Under the pieces are notes generated by a model. That model searched no databases, was not told the origin of the DNA, and saw only the letters and a list, made by a program, of their open reading frames with translations. Source: the human T2T-CHM13v2.0 reference genome, Homo sapiens. Taken from it: a stretch of DNA of 64,000 nt. The position numbers and the translations under genes are program-made. Where the stretch lies: the NCBI RefSeq assembly GCF_009914755.1, contig NC_060937.1; one strand, written 5' to 3'. Positions 13,841 through 27,339 of the stretch are shown one piece after another; positions within the stretch are counted from its first letter, which is position 1; every line of letters begins with the position of its first letter.

Positions 13841-15597
13841 GGGTTGACACCACCACTATTGTCTTTGTGAAAACCCACGAGAAACAAAGCAACACTGCAT
13901 AGTCTAGAAGGAAAGATGTTTTTCAAATACCAAGATGGGGTTCTTGAAAGCCAGGCACCAATAGAAGTGCCTCAAAACCAAAAAGAGAGCAGGGAATCCA
14001 CATCAGGACACAATCCCAGCTCATCCTATCTGACAGCTGCTTCAGTATCCACGTGATGAGAAGTTTCTAGTTTAATACAAGATTCATACGGCAATTACGC
14101 CATACATTATGTATAATTTTCTTCAAGTATTTGTGCATGATTTAGCTCTTAAAAACCTCTATGTATTTCTGTATAATTCAACTCAGAGCATGAATTAAAT
14201 TCTTCTCAACTAATCCTTTTCTTTTTCTTATAAACCTCAACTTAAAAAAACCTCATTTGATATTACAGTAAAAAGTTAGATCAACTTCCATCGCCATTCT
14301 AGGGTCCAGATTAAAAATGCAAAGTAGAACCCAACCATAGAGAATGGGTTTAATTTGGGACTGTCTCCTTAGTAAATGTCACCTCCTTTACCAGCACATA
14401 GAATTTCAAGGAGGAAGAAACTCAATCACACTTATGTATACATATTTTTAAAAGGTTATAATGAGTATCCAAGACATCAACACTACCATGAAGTCATTAA
14501 TTTCTTTCAGCTATTTAATGTCAGCTATTACCTTCAAAAGATTCAGATCTATAAATAACTCCAAAATGGAGAAAACTGAATTATAATTTACAGCTGTACT
14601 ATTATTAGTGTATAATTAGAAATTGGGCCAAACAATTGCCCTTAACCAACTTTTGAATAAATCTGAGGGATTTGATAATTGTATATACTTATTTCATGTA
14701 AAACTAGAATTAATAATTAAAGATCGACAAAAACTTAGGTAAAAGGTTGAAGCCAGGTGGATGATGTTTTTCATTACAAGACAATTTTTTGCTATATTAA
14801 ACAATTAACTTGTCCGATACATCCACTAACCATTACTGTCTAATTTTTTAAGTGGAAGAAGAAAACTATATACATGTCTTAACATCTACCTGGCCAGAGA
14901 ATGTCATTCTTTCATCAAAGATTAAAATGTATTTGATTTCTGGTCTCATATTAGACCCTATCTTAATACAAATGCATGAAGAGCGTATCATTTGAAAATT
15001 GTTCTGATGTGTTGAACTTAATGATCTAATCACACTTTTGTCATTATTATGAAGAACTAACACTTGTCAGGTAACAGAATTAAATTTAAATAGAAATGCT
15101 CATATATTTAATGGCTAATTTGGAAGAATAAGCTTTTTAAATTCAAAATTCACTTAACAAAAAACTATTGAGTAATTAAGTTCATGATTGCACTTTACTC
15201 TGAGAAACACATGAAGGTCTGAAACATTGAAAATTTTAGGAGTACGTACTCAGAAAAGCCATCTGTTCTAATACAACTGCCCACTCTTTGGTTGATTTCA
15301 ATCCTAATTTTTCTCCTATTTCACAGTATTTTGCAATCCCCTCTTTTCTTAGGAACACATGTGTGCAGCTCCTGGTTTCACTGTTAGGAGCTTTGTCTCA
15401 TCCACCTCATGCAATTTCTCACATATTAAGTCAGCCCACAGTCACTTCCTTCCTCATCCAATATGAGAGGCAGAGATTATTAAAATGCTGGGTCTGTCTG
15501 TTTCATAGTATGGAATAGGAGTCCATGAAAAGTAATGCTCTGTTATGTCTCTGTATCACAAAGGGTCACAGCTAAGGTAAAACAGGGGCTAGCGGAA

Positions 15598-15815
15598 GCA
15601 GTTGTGTAATGGAGCTGACTCACACCAGTGGCTCACAAGAGCTGGCTGCTAGACTCTCAGGAATCCTGTAAGACGGCTGTTAAGGTATTGCTAGCTTGAA
15701 TTGGGTCATGATGGTAACACTTACACCACGAAAATCAGCAAACACTACAAACCAGAACGTTTATGGGGGTGAAGGTAGGGGAATTCATTGTTGAACACTG
15801 ACCAGCACACCACTC
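15598..15815. mobile_element. MER63-like hAT MITE
   Basis: Ends cagttgtgtaatggagc... and ...ccagcacaccact are degenerate TIRs; internal acaccacgaaaatcagcaaacactacaaacc. Confidence 0.6.
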
Positions 15816-15834
15816 TGTTGAAGAAAAGAGTGTT

Positions 15835-16005
15835 TACTATATGATATGCTACTTTCATAAAAAGATAATTGAACTTAATTCTCACAGCAACGCTGTAAAA
15901 TAGGCATTACCATTACCATTGTTTTTTCAGAGAAGAAAACTGAGGCTCAGAAAAGTAACTTGCTGGAATTTGAACTACATCCAAAGGGTTTTAAAATCTA
16001 AAGCA
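15835..16005 (-). mobile_element. MIR
   Basis: taattctcacagcaac...cagagaagaaaactgaggctcagaaaagtaacttgc core. Confidence 0.75.
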
Positions 16006-16539
16006 GTTGTCTTTTTTACCTCACTAACCTCTCCCATCTGCTTCTTCCTTTCCCGTAGGATTTTAGGACTGGGTGAAATCTTAAATGTTCTCTAGTCCTA
16101 TCAGCTTGTCGCTGAGATCTGCAGTATAATAAACCCCTAAAATGATTGTCCTGCCAATGTCTGAACACTTCCAGTGGCAGGAAACTCATGACCTCAGACC
16201 ACTGAGTTTGAAAGCCCTTACTCTTAGAAAACGCTTTCTTATTTTGAATGGAATACTCCATTTTTGCCTCCAACTATTGGTTCTTGTTCTACCCATAGAA
16301 AATTTGAGAATGGTAGAAGCTTTTTGGGTTTCTATCAACTTAGCATCCCAGGAGACCTAGAAAACAGAGGGGGAATCAATGCATTTGTCTCCATTTTGCA
16401 TTTTTTCTTCGCATGCATCCATCCACCCATCCTGCAAGAATTTGTTGATCAGCTTATCAGTGATCTCTGCTGGACTACATGCTGGATGTTTAAAGATGAG
16501 TGCAATAGTTTCTGACCTTAAGAAGCTCAGCTGCTAGAC

Positions 16540-16710
16540 CCTCGCTACTCAAAGTGCAGTCCTCAGACCAGCAGCACATCACGAGGGTGCTCCTTAGAAA
16601 TGCAGAAGCCTAGATTCCTCTCAGAAGCCAGAACTACCAAATCAAAGTCTGTACTTTAACAAGGTCCCACATGGGATTCCTTTGCCCCTTAAGTGTTGAG
16701 AAGTCCTGGT
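16540..16710. mobile_element. MER5A hAT MITE
   Basis: ctactcaaagtgcagtcctcagaccagcagca...ttagaaatgcagaa...tttaacaaggtcccc...gttgagaagtcctg. Confidence 0.75.
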
Positions 16711-16915
16711 CTCAACTGAAATGAATATTTTACTTCTTTACAGAATTGCACTTCCATTATTCACCATAGTTTATATTTTAATGAAATATTTTCCTTAGTA
16801 TCTATGAAGCACCTGCATAGCTATCTGGAGCTGCTGGTCTTTTTCTACATAATTCTTTCTGTTTTAAAGGTTTTTTTTTTAAAGATAACAAAGTTGTGTC
16901 AAAAATGTTTCATCT

Positions 16916-17211
16916 AGCTGGGCACGGCAGCTCACACCTGTAGTCCCAGCACTTTGGGAGGCTGAGGCAGGCAGATCACTTGAGGTCAGGAGCTCAAGAC
17001 CAGCTTGGCCAACATGGTGAAACCCCATCTCTACTAAAAATACAAAAGTTAGCCGGGCATGGTGGCAGGCACCTGTAATCCCAGCTATTCAGGAGGCTGA
17101 AGGAGAATAATTGCTTGAACTTCGGAGGTGGAGTTTGCAGTGAGCCAAGATCACCCCACTGCACTCCAGCCTGGGAGACAAAGTGAGACTCCGTCTCAAG
17201 AGAAAAAAAAA
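16916..17211 (+). mobile_element. AluS (Sx-like)
   Basis: Full dimer, A-tail, TSD-like ttcatct on both sides. Confidence 0.95.
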
Positions 17212-18102
17212 GGAGAAAAGCTTCATCTTAATTTGATTTTCAGAGTTCACACACACTTTTTAGTGACTGTAGTAAAAAGCCCCCAAAGTGCTATGATTTC
17301 AGTATATTATGCATGAATCACGCCATAGTTTTATAGTTGTATTTGGTTGCATGTTTCTGTTTCTTTGCCATCTGCATTCAGGGTTCACACATTCAGTTTT
17401 TCTTTGAGAAAGTCCTGCAGGGAAGGACACTGCAGATGGAGAAAGTCTATTCTTCATCATAGACAATATCAGCACTTGCTTAAGGGCACCACAACAAGAT
17501 CCGTCCAGATTCAAGAGAGATCTATTTTCTTTCCTTCTCCTCCTGAGTTACTAGACATATTTATCTCCTCTTTGAAGAAATGGCCTTTGACCTAGGAGCT
17601 CATCCCTTAGCAGGTAAGAAGTCTTTTCAGCCTATACTTAATCCTAAAACAAGAAAAGAGAAACAAAAAAGCAACCACAATACATACACATCTCAAAGCA
17701 AGACAGGGTTTGAGGTGGTATTTTAATCATGGAACCTATGGGGATATTTTAAATGTATGGGTTGGATTGAAAACTTAAAACATCAAAGTGCTCACCCTTT
17801 GGTGTATGCACACTGCTGTTATAACAAAGTATATCTGCTTCCAAACCTCTACAACATACATATGTGACATGTACCAATAATACGAACGATATACCACTGC
17901 ACTTTCTTCTAAGATATTTTTGTTGCCAGAGTACACTATTTTTCTCTCTGATACACAGTAATTTAATTATTCCCCAAAAGTGAGAACAATATTGCAATAC
18001 AACATTTATCACAAAGAATCTTTGGAAAACGAGTCACTCTAAATGGCTAGATTTTTAGCCCTATTTATATCCCAAACAACTTTTTTGTTTTTATTCTCCT
18101 CA

Positions 18103-20520
18103 TGATATAGTTTGGATCTGTGTCCCTCCCAAATCTCATGCATAATTGTAATTCCCAGTGTTGGAGGTGGGGCCTGATGGGAGATTACTGGGTCATGGAG
18201 GTGGTTTCTCCTGAATGGCTTAGCACCAACACCCTTGGTACTGACCTCGCCATAATGAGTGAGTTCTTATGAGACCTCATTCCTCTCTGGCTCCTGCTCT
18301 CACGATGTGATGTACCTACTCCCCCTTCACCTTCCGCCATGATTGTAAGCTTCCTGAGGCCTCCCTAGAAACCAAGTGGAGACCAGCACCATGCTTTCTA
18401 TAAAGCCTGAAGAACCATGAGCCAAGTCAAGCTATTTTCTTTATAAATTACCCAGTGTCAGGTATTTCTTTATCACAGTGCAAGAACAGACTAACACAGA
18501 AAATTGGTACTGAGGAGTGGGGCATTGCTGTAAAGATACCTGAAAGTGTGGAAGCAACTTTGGAACTGGGCAATGAACAGAGGTTGGGAGAGTTTGGAGA
18601 GCTCAGAAGAAAACAGATGAGGAAAAGTTCAGAACTTCCTGGAGACTGGTTAAATGGTTTTGACCAACATAATGATAGTGATATGAACAATGAAGTCCAG
18701 GCTAGTGAGATTTCAGATGGAAATGAGAAACTTATTGAGAACTAGAGCAAAATCACACATATTATACCTGAGCAAAGAGCTTGGTTGGATTGTGCCCCTT
18801 CCCTAGGAATATGTGAAAGCTTAAACTTGAGAGTGATGACCTAGTGTATCTGGCAGAAGAAATTTCTAAGCAGCAAAGTGTTCAAGATGTGGCATGGCTG
18901 CTTCTAACAACCTATGCGCAGATGTGGGAGCAGAGAAATAAGTTAGAACTTACATTTAAAAGGGAAGCAGAGTGTAAAAGTTTGGAAAATTTGCAGCGTC
19001 GCATGTGGTAGAAAAGAAAAGCCCATTTTCAGAAGAAGAATTCAACCACTTGCCAGAGAAATTTGCATAAGCAAAAAGAAGGCAAGTGCTGTTAGCCAAG
19101 ACAATGGGTAAAAGGCCTCAAAGCCATTTCAGAGATTTCCCAGGCAGCCCCTCCCATCATAGGCCTGAAGGCCTAGGAGGACAGAATGGTTTCATGGGCC
19201 AGGCCCAGGGCCCTGCTGCCCTGTGCAGCCTTGGAACCCTGCTCCCTGCATCTCTGGTTGCTCTGGCTCCAGCTGTAGCTCAAAGGGGCCCAGCTATAGC
19301 CTGGGCTGCTGGTTCAGAGGGTGCAAGCTCTAAATTTGGTGGTTTCTCTGTGGTGTTAAGCCTGCAGGTGCACAGAGTGCAAGAGTGAATAAGACTTGGG
19401 AGCCTCTGCTTATATTTCAGAGGATGTATGGAAAAGCCTGAGTGCCCAAGCAGAAGGCTACTGCACTAGCAGAGCCCTCACGGAGAACATCTACTAGAGT
19501 AGTGCAGAGGGGAAATGTGGCCCCACACAGGATCCCCACTGGGGCACTGTCTAGTGGAGCTGTGAGAGTCAGGCCACCATCCTCCAGACCCCAGAATGGT
19601 AGATCCACCACCAGCTTTCACCCTGCACATGGAAAAGCCGGAGGTATTCAACTACAGCCTGTGAGAGTGGCTGTAGGGGCTGAACATTGCAAAGACACTG
19701 GGACAGAGCTGCCCAAGGCCTTGGGAATCCACCAACACTATCATGACCCAGGGCAGAAGTTTACCCTGGATGTGGGACATGGAGTCAAAGGAGAGTTTTT
19801 TGGAGTTTTGCGATTTAATAACTGCCCTGCTGGGTTTTGGACTGGCACAGGGCCTGTAGCCCCTTTCTTTTGGCCAATTTCTCCTTTTGAGAATAGTAAT
19901 GTTTACCCAATTCTTGTACCTCCATTGTCTTTTGAAAGTAACTAAGTTGTTTTTTTTTTCAGGCTCATAGGTAGAAGGGACTTATCTTGTCTCAGATGAG
20001 ACTTTAGACTTTGAACTTTTGAGTTAATGCTAGAATGAGTTAAAACTTTGGGGGATGATTGGGAAGGCATGACTGTATTTTCAAATGTGAGAAGGACATG
20101 ACATTTGAGAGGGGCCAGAAGTGGAATGATATAGTTTGGATATGTGTCTCCACCCAAATTTCATATTGAAATTTAATCCCCAATGTTAGAGGTGGGGCCT
20201 GGTGGGAGGTGATTGGATCATGGGGTCCATTTCTTATTAATGGTTTAGCACCATCCCCCTTGGTACTGTCCTAGCAATAGTGAGTGAGTTCTCTTGAGAT
20301 CTGGTTATTTAAAAGCACCTCCCCACTTGCTCACTTGCTCTCTTGCTCCCCCATCTGCCATGATTGCAAGCTTCCTGAGCCCTCCCCAGAAGACAAGCAG
20401 ATGAACAGTTCCATGTTTCCTCTACAGCCTGCAGAACTCTGAGCCAATTAAACCTCTTTTCATTATAAATGACTCAGTCTTAGACATTTCTTTATAGCAA
20501 TGCAAGAATGGTCTGATAGA
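18103..20520 (+). mobile_element. Full MST-family MaLR provirus: 5' LTR 18103-18498, internal 18499-20126, 3' LTR 20127-20520
   Basis: Both LTRs start tgatatagtttgga and end ctaacaca / ctgataga; internal starts gaaaattggtactgaggagtggggcattgct and ends in purine tract gaggggccagaagtggaa. Confidence 0.92.
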
Positions 20521-20697
20521 CCTGGTGTCTCTTCCTCTCCTTATAAGGACACAAGTCATGGGGGGGTCCACCCTAATGTCTTCATTTTAATGTAATCACA
20601 TTTGTGAAGACCTTATCTCCAAACAGGGTCACACCCTGGGATGCTGGGGTTAGGACTTCAATGTATGGATTTGGGGAAACACAGTTCAGCTCATAAC
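20521..20697 (-). mobile_element. MLT1 (A-C-like) LTR 5' fragment
   Basis: cttataaggacac...taatcacatttgtgaagaccttatctccaaa...ggttaggacttcaa...cacagttcagctcataac. Confidence 0.75.
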
Positions 20698-20699
20698 CT

Positions 20700-20900
20700 T
20701 ATGTGTCAGGCACCTCCCAGATGCTTCACCAATAGTAACTAGTTTACCCTCCCAGTGACCATTTAAGTCAGATGCAGTGAGCCTCAGATCTTAGAGAAAA
20801 AGGAGCTGAGAGGCCCAGAGAGGCTCCAAAACCAGCACCAAGTCACACAACTAAATAGCAATTGGCAGGGCCGGATGTCAGCCTTGGCATTGCAGCTCTC
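20700..20900 (-). mobile_element. MIR fragment
   Basis: atgtgtcaggcac...ctgagaggcccagagagg...caagtcacacaacta. Confidence 0.5.
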
Positions 20901-21738
20901 AATCTCAGTGCTATGCTGACTTTGCCTTTTATTCAGGGCCTCAGCACGCTGATAAATGATCATGCTGGGTTTGTGCTGAGAATGACTCTATTTGCTCGTA
21001 TATCAGATGACTCCAGAATGCTAAGCTTTTTGTGGCCTCCTGACAGTTTTTATTGTTTTCCTATCTCCTCCCTCAATATGGCTCACTCTTGTATTGTCCA
21101 TACAGGAGCCGGTCCAGGGCTGTGCTGGAGCCGACCTCTTGGGCTCCTGAATGCCCATTGCATGCCTCTTCTATGCCCACATTCACCACTTACCTGAAAT
21201 GCATCATGGTGGATGGTGGGAGGAGTTACACAATGGAAACTGGCAAAGACTGAATTAGAACTTCTTTTGTTATTTTTTGAGGAGTCAGTTTTTCAGCACA
21301 TCATTGCCTATGCCCTGCACCTTTTCACTTTCCTCTTTAAATTTACCCACAAGAAATATGATCTCTAAGAGATCCATATGATGAATTCTTAAAAGTGTAT
21401 TTACTTTAATGCGCAAACTTTGCAACGACTTCTTTTCTCTTTAGAGATTTTTTTCTTACATCATCTGTTATCAAAATATACAAATATTCATGGTGCTAAC
21501 GACCAAATTTTACACTATATGTTTATTCAGTCCTGTGCCAAATAGCATTATATGCAAGAAAACTAAAATGCCATTAATGTTACAGTTTTTCATATAAAAA
21601 TTTACATGTTACATAGATGTATTTCCACTCGTGCAAAAACATGGGAAATGTCAAATTCAATTAATAATTTTTACTTACTGTAAAATTACATCACGGAATA
21701 CCTACATCTGTAGTACTGTCAATGACCACAGTAAGAAC

Positions 21739-22038
21739 TTTATTTTATTTATTTATTTATTTTACAGACGGGGTCTTGCTCTGTGGTCTAGGCTGAAGTG
21801 CAGTGGCACGATCTTGGTTCACTACAACCTCCATCTCCCAGGCTCGAGCGATTCTCCTCCTTAGCCTCCCAAGTAGCTGGATTACAGGTGCCCGCCACCA
21901 CGCCTCCCTAATTTTTTGTATTTTTGGTAGAGACAGGGTTTCACGATGTTGGCCAGGCTGTTCTCAAACTCCTGACCTCAGGTGATCTGCCCGCCTTGGC
22001 CTCCCAACAATTACAGGTGTGAGCCACCACACCAGGCC
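21739..22038 (-). mobile_element. AluS
   Basis: (TTTA)n tail; reverse Alu ending accaggcc; TSD-like cacagtaagaac / catagtaagaat. Confidence 0.93.
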
Positions 22039-22729
22039 CATAGTAAGAATTGATATAAATTTTATATCACAAATCATAAGCATAGTGACAACCTTCCTTC
22101 AGTCTTTCATTATATATATTGGCTCCTCTATTAATAAGTTATGATTGGCATTCTTTTGAGTAAATATGCATTACTAGAGAAAGAAATAATACCTGCCATA
22201 TAGGAACCTCAAGGGTCCCTTTTAGCATTCATGGGCTATGGTTTTTATCTCTTTTTTTTTTTTTTTGATCTAGAGTCCCTCTTTATCTTCCCATCACAGG
22301 AAGTCCTTGCTCCTCTCCCACCCCACGTTCCCTTGAGGCTGTTCAGCTGGCACATCCCTCCGGGGAGATGAAGCAGCAGAGAATGATCTAGCCTAGAATG
22401 GTTCCTCACTCCAGCCACTGATTCCGTGCAAACTGTGGTCAAACTTGCCACTTCCACCAGCTCCGTGCTGTCCATCCACATACTTTGTCAACACATGCTG
22501 GCTTCAAAGTTACAGTGTTTAATTCGGGCATCCCTGCACTAACAATGCCTAGGAAAAAAAACTGATCTCAAACATCTGATTTGCTAACAAAAACAGACAG
22601 AATTTCCAACTCTTTAGCTTGAACTGGAGCACATTCGTTTGGAACCCTACCATGTGGTTAGTTCATTCCATTTTGGTGAATGAGGGTAGGCAGGAAACAA
22701 AAAACTGCTTTTTATCTCTGCCAAAAATA

Positions 22730-22975
22730 CTAACTCACACAGTTTATGGAAGACCTACTGTGTGCTAGATCCCGTGATAAGTGCTTTGCCACACCATCTC
22801 ACTTGGCGCTCCATACAACCTCGTGAGGCCGATATGAAATGTTCATCCCATGGATGAAGAAACTGAAGCTCAAATTACTTATTTGTTCAAATTCACCTCC
22901 CCAGTGAGCAGCAAGACCAGGATTCAAACCCAAGATTATCCCATTCCAGAGTCTGACCTCTCTCCCTCCACCATG
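22730..22975 (-). mobile_element. MIR
   Basis: cctactgtgtgctag...caacctcgtgagg...gatgaagaaactgaagctca...ggattcaaaccca. Confidence 0.75.
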
Positions 22976-24929
22976 CAAGCTGCTATTGTGAATTCAGCAG
23001 TGGAATTTTAGAACTGCACGAGGATTTAAAGGTCATGAAGCACAAGATATTGGGCGTCCAGGGAAATCAGAAGTATAGAGGTTAAAAATCCCTGTGGACA
23101 TTAGTAAACTAATCTCTTTCCTTGCACCTTTGAACAGACAGGGAGTTCCTGCTCTGTCATTTCCCCCCCTGTGAATCTCTGCTCTGTATGGCTTTTACTC
23201 ATTTGTAAACAAGATTCATTCTTACCCCCAACCTGCTTCATGGGTGGTGCTGATGAAGTACAGAATGTATGTAAAACTCTTTGAGCACATCAAAGACGGC
23301 ACTGTATAAATACTATATTATTATATGCATTCCCATAGGAAGCATCTCCAGGATCCTTTGATCCATAAATATTTCATTGACTCAGCCCAGCCAAAGCCAT
23401 TTCAGACTCTGTGGCATCATAAGGTAATTGACCACAGAAAGAGTTCAGAAAGTGATGCACTCGGCCTCTGCGCCACAGCTCCCATCTCAACACTCTAATT
23501 TTGACGTGATCATTTTAAAAACAATTTTATATCTTTTTTTACATTTTAAATTGTAGAGAAAGCATGTACCTGCACTTAATTTCTGGTTCCATGTCATAAT
23601 AAGGGAATACGTTGAGTGTAAATACTGACACATAAGAAAAAAAGAAAAAAAAAACACTGCTTACTTTTTAAAGAGTAAGAAACCCTAGAATATTCAGGTC
23701 TCTTTCCTCAAAGATAATTCAAAATACTCTTAGATCTACTTTTTTCTTCTTTTATGACTTTTCAATTTAACTCCATTGCATTTCTAAGAGAGGCAACATG
23801 CATATATTTCACATCATTTGCAGAAGGAATAAATTTAAATATACAATTTCCCAGTGAGTCAAATGTATTGTTGCTATCTCTGTATCATAATTGGGATGCC
23901 TGAATTTATTAGAAAATATATAAAATAAGTTATATTTAAGCCAAATTAACTTTATTTGTTATAATTCCAGAAAAAATTCCCTATTTTCAAACCCAAAGAA
24001 TCTTTGGAAAAACTGTTAATGACTTTTTTTAAAGGTGAATATTCTTAAGAAACAACTAAAGTTTAATGAACATATTTGAATGTAAATTATTTGTGAAAAT
24101 TACTAAATATTAAAGAAAAATTTTATAATTTTCAAGTAATAATATAATTATGGGTCAGAAATATTTTAATAAATAAAATCTTCTGCAATCCTAGGAAAAA
24201 AGGAAAAGATTATAACTAAAAGCTATAATTAGTTGGTTTAATTGTCTAATCACTACCATTTTTCTGGCTTCTTCTCTACTGACTCAAAAGAACAAAAAGC
24301 AAAACAAAGCAAAAAAGAAATGAGGAGGATGAGTTCTCATTCATTACCCTTTACCTAAAGGTTACATCAGTGGGAGTAAGAATTCCCACTCAGCTTTGTA
24401 GCAGATGTGGACTGACGCTTATAAAGAAATGTTAATCATCATGATCATTAAAAAAGGAAAAGAAAAAAGCCTCATATAACAAGCAGATATTTGCTTATGG
24501 CATTCTATTAGACCAACATGACCGCTGAAAATACAAAATTACTTTTATCTTCCTATCTTGAAATGTGTGAGAAATTCTAGAAGAATACCTTACTCTTGGC
24601 ACACTTGCCCCTAGCCTTAATGTCTTCCACTGTATTCCAGCAATACCTGCTCTCTTTGTTCCCCAGCCAGGATCCCCTATTCACAAAAACTTAGTTGTAA
24701 TCCTGCTCATGCACATACCTGCAAATTTGTTACTACCAAAAGGATCATGATCAAATCCACAATAACATTTGATGACACAGATAAAATTTTACCTTTAATT
24801 CACAGGACACTCAGAAGTGAATGTATGTGTTTAATGGTATCTTGTGGTCATGTGAAATATTGTTTCATCTGAGATGTAGAGACACTGTTTTGTGTTCTCA
24901 TAGCCCCCTCCTTGAACCATGGCCAGTAT

Positions 24930-25600
24930 AAAGAACAGTCATATGATCACCAAGACTTGCTCAGGATACACCAGACACATCCCGAAGGGGATGGAGAAAT
25001 GGCCAGAGATGTAGGGAACAATGTGGGTAGAGAGGTGTCCCAGAAGTCAAGTGCAGACCATGTTTGAAGGAAGAAAATCTCGGCCAGACATGGTAGCTCA
25101 TGCCTGTAGTCCCAGCACTTTAGGAGGCCAAGGCAGGCGGATCGCCTGAGGTCAGGAGTTTGGGACCAGCTTGGCCAACATGGTGAGACCCTGTCTCTAC
25201 TAAAAATACAAAAATTAGCCAGGCATGGTAGCACACACCTGTAATCCCAGCTATTCAGGAAGCTGAGGCAGAAGAATCCCTTGAACCCAGGAGGCAGAGG
25301 TTGCAGTGAACACAGATTGTGTCAGAGGGAGACTCTGCCTCCAAAAATAAAAATAAAAAACAAACAAAACAAAAGGAAGGAAGGAGGAAAATCTAGTCCA
25401 TGATTTCAGATGCTTCCAAAATATCAAATCAGAGGAAGACTGAGAATTGGTGGCTAGACTTGCATGATGCTTACGGGTGATTTTGACAAGAGCTGTCTTA
25501 GAGAAGGGGGCAGGGAAAAATCTTGGTTAGAATGAATTTATTAAAGGAGAAAAGGGAGCTGGGGACTGGTGACAGTGAGCAGACCCCACGTGACAATCTC
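24930..25600 (+). mobile_element. L2 fragment interrupted by an Alu
   Basis: ggtgtcccagaagtcaagtg...gaagactgagaatt...ggtgattttgacaagagctgt motifs. Confidence 0.55.
25082..25375 (+). mobile_element. AluS with a short internal deletion in the right arm
   Basis: gattgtgtcagagggagactc lacks the ccactgcactccagcctggg segment; TSD gaagga(a/g)gaaaatct. Confidence 0.92.
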
Positions 25601-26369
25601 TGTGGCAGAATATTAGGTGAAGAAAGAGCCGTTTGATTGCTGTCACCACGTTTGTTTACCGACAGGAGTAAGACAGTGGAGGGGGATGAGAATTTGCAAA
25701 CAATTTGAAATTACCAATTTGAATTGACTTGTTTTCAAGATATTGCTTCATAAAATTGCATCTGAAATGCATGTGTACCCTACATATTGCGTGAAAGAAA
25801 TACTCTTCTATGGGTTTAATTATAGATCCGTTATGGCCTAAAACAATATCACCTCAAGCTCTTTCAAAATTAATGATTCTGTACAGAAACAGGTATTAAT
25901 TTTCAAATTCTCTATGTAATTAAGGTCATCATTGCAATTTCAATAACATAATTTTCATTTGCTTTTAATACACTTCAACATTTTTCATTTTTCATTCTTT
26001 GAAATTAGATAACCTTTTAAAGTACACCCTCCAATGTACTCCATGGCCACATCAGAGCTACAATGGCTGTCAAAATCCTTTACCTAAAACTAAGGGTATT
26101 CTTTTTAGTGTGGCTTTTATAACAGTCATAAAAAAATTATTCTTTCAAGGAAGGAACACAAGAAATGTAAAAATAAGTAAAACACAATATCCTCCCATAG
26201 GAAATTGATAATCTAAAATGGGAGTTACAATATACACATAAATTACTACAATATGTGATATATTAAGTTCCATAAAAGAAGTGCAAACGGCTATAGGGAC
26301 TTGGAGCAAGGGGAGATCAGTTTCCACTCAGTGTGATGGAGGAAGACTTGGCTGTGAAGGTCCCCGAGG

Positions 26370-26790
26370 AAGCAGAGGGCACTCTCAAGCCAGGGAACTT
26401 GAGGAAGGGTTATTTACGGAAGGACGTCTGTAAACAGAGGTTTGGGTGTTGGGAAGCCAACTGCAACTCAGCAACCTGGAGTCGTCACAGCAGGAGCTGA
26501 TACCAGCCAAAGTTCAAAGTGACAAGTGTCACCAAGAGCAGTTCCCAGTCACAGGGAGGCAAACAGGGATAGGCAAAAGAAGCTAGAGAAGCAGCAAGCT
26601 TTACTCAAGGGAGGAGCCAATAGGAAGTAACCTCACAGCAGGCGCTAAGGACTAAATTCCCTAACTTCTCCCTCTCCCCTTCCTCTGAGCCCCTGCCAGG
26701 GCTCTCCACTGACATCCCCAGCTGAAAGCCGCAGGCCTGGGAGCTTGTCCATGATGCTCAGCATCCTGAGGCATACACCTGAGATTTGAA
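26370..26790 (-). mobile_element. ERVL LTR16/LTR33-like fragment
   Basis: gcagagggcactctcaa...cctctcccctt...gggctctccactgac...gcctgggagcttgtccatgatg. Confidence 0.45.
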
Positions 26791-27339
26791 AAATGAATCC
26801 TTAGAGGTTAGGTGTGCTCCTCCAGGTAGAAGTCATAGCAAGGCCAAATGATGAAGACCATGAACAAAAATTACAGTTTGCCTTCCGCCTTGAATACACA
26901 TACAGTCAAAGTTAGGAAGAAGATGTGAGATCAAGCTTAGAGGACCTGGGCAGGGCAAAGAATACTGTGCTCAGGATTTGTGCTTCGTATAAAGCGAAGA
27001 CTCATTGAAAGTAACCAGTATTCCCATGCAGCACAGAGAAAAGCAGGGAGGCAGGAAATTCAAGGCAGGAAAAATAGGGAGGATCTGCAGGATTGGAGAC
27101 CCAGCCAATCGTGTTTCTGTGTCTAATGTTCTCCACAGGATAATCAAATTAAAATCATTTTTAGCTAGGCAAGAATCTAAATGAATTTCCCAGAAAATGA
27201 GAGACTCAGCTACTATCAGAACACTTCCGTTACTATGAGCATGAGGCACAAGAAGTACTTTGAGGAAAGAAAATGATGGCACGCTTGGAAATGGGAAAAC
27301 TCAGTTCAGAACTTGACCAGACTTTGAAGCTACATTTTC

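Noticed and set aside
18455-19945. ORFs of 96-167 aa
   Set aside because: They lie in the MST LTR/internal region; fragmented MaLR remnants, mostly with non-ATG starts
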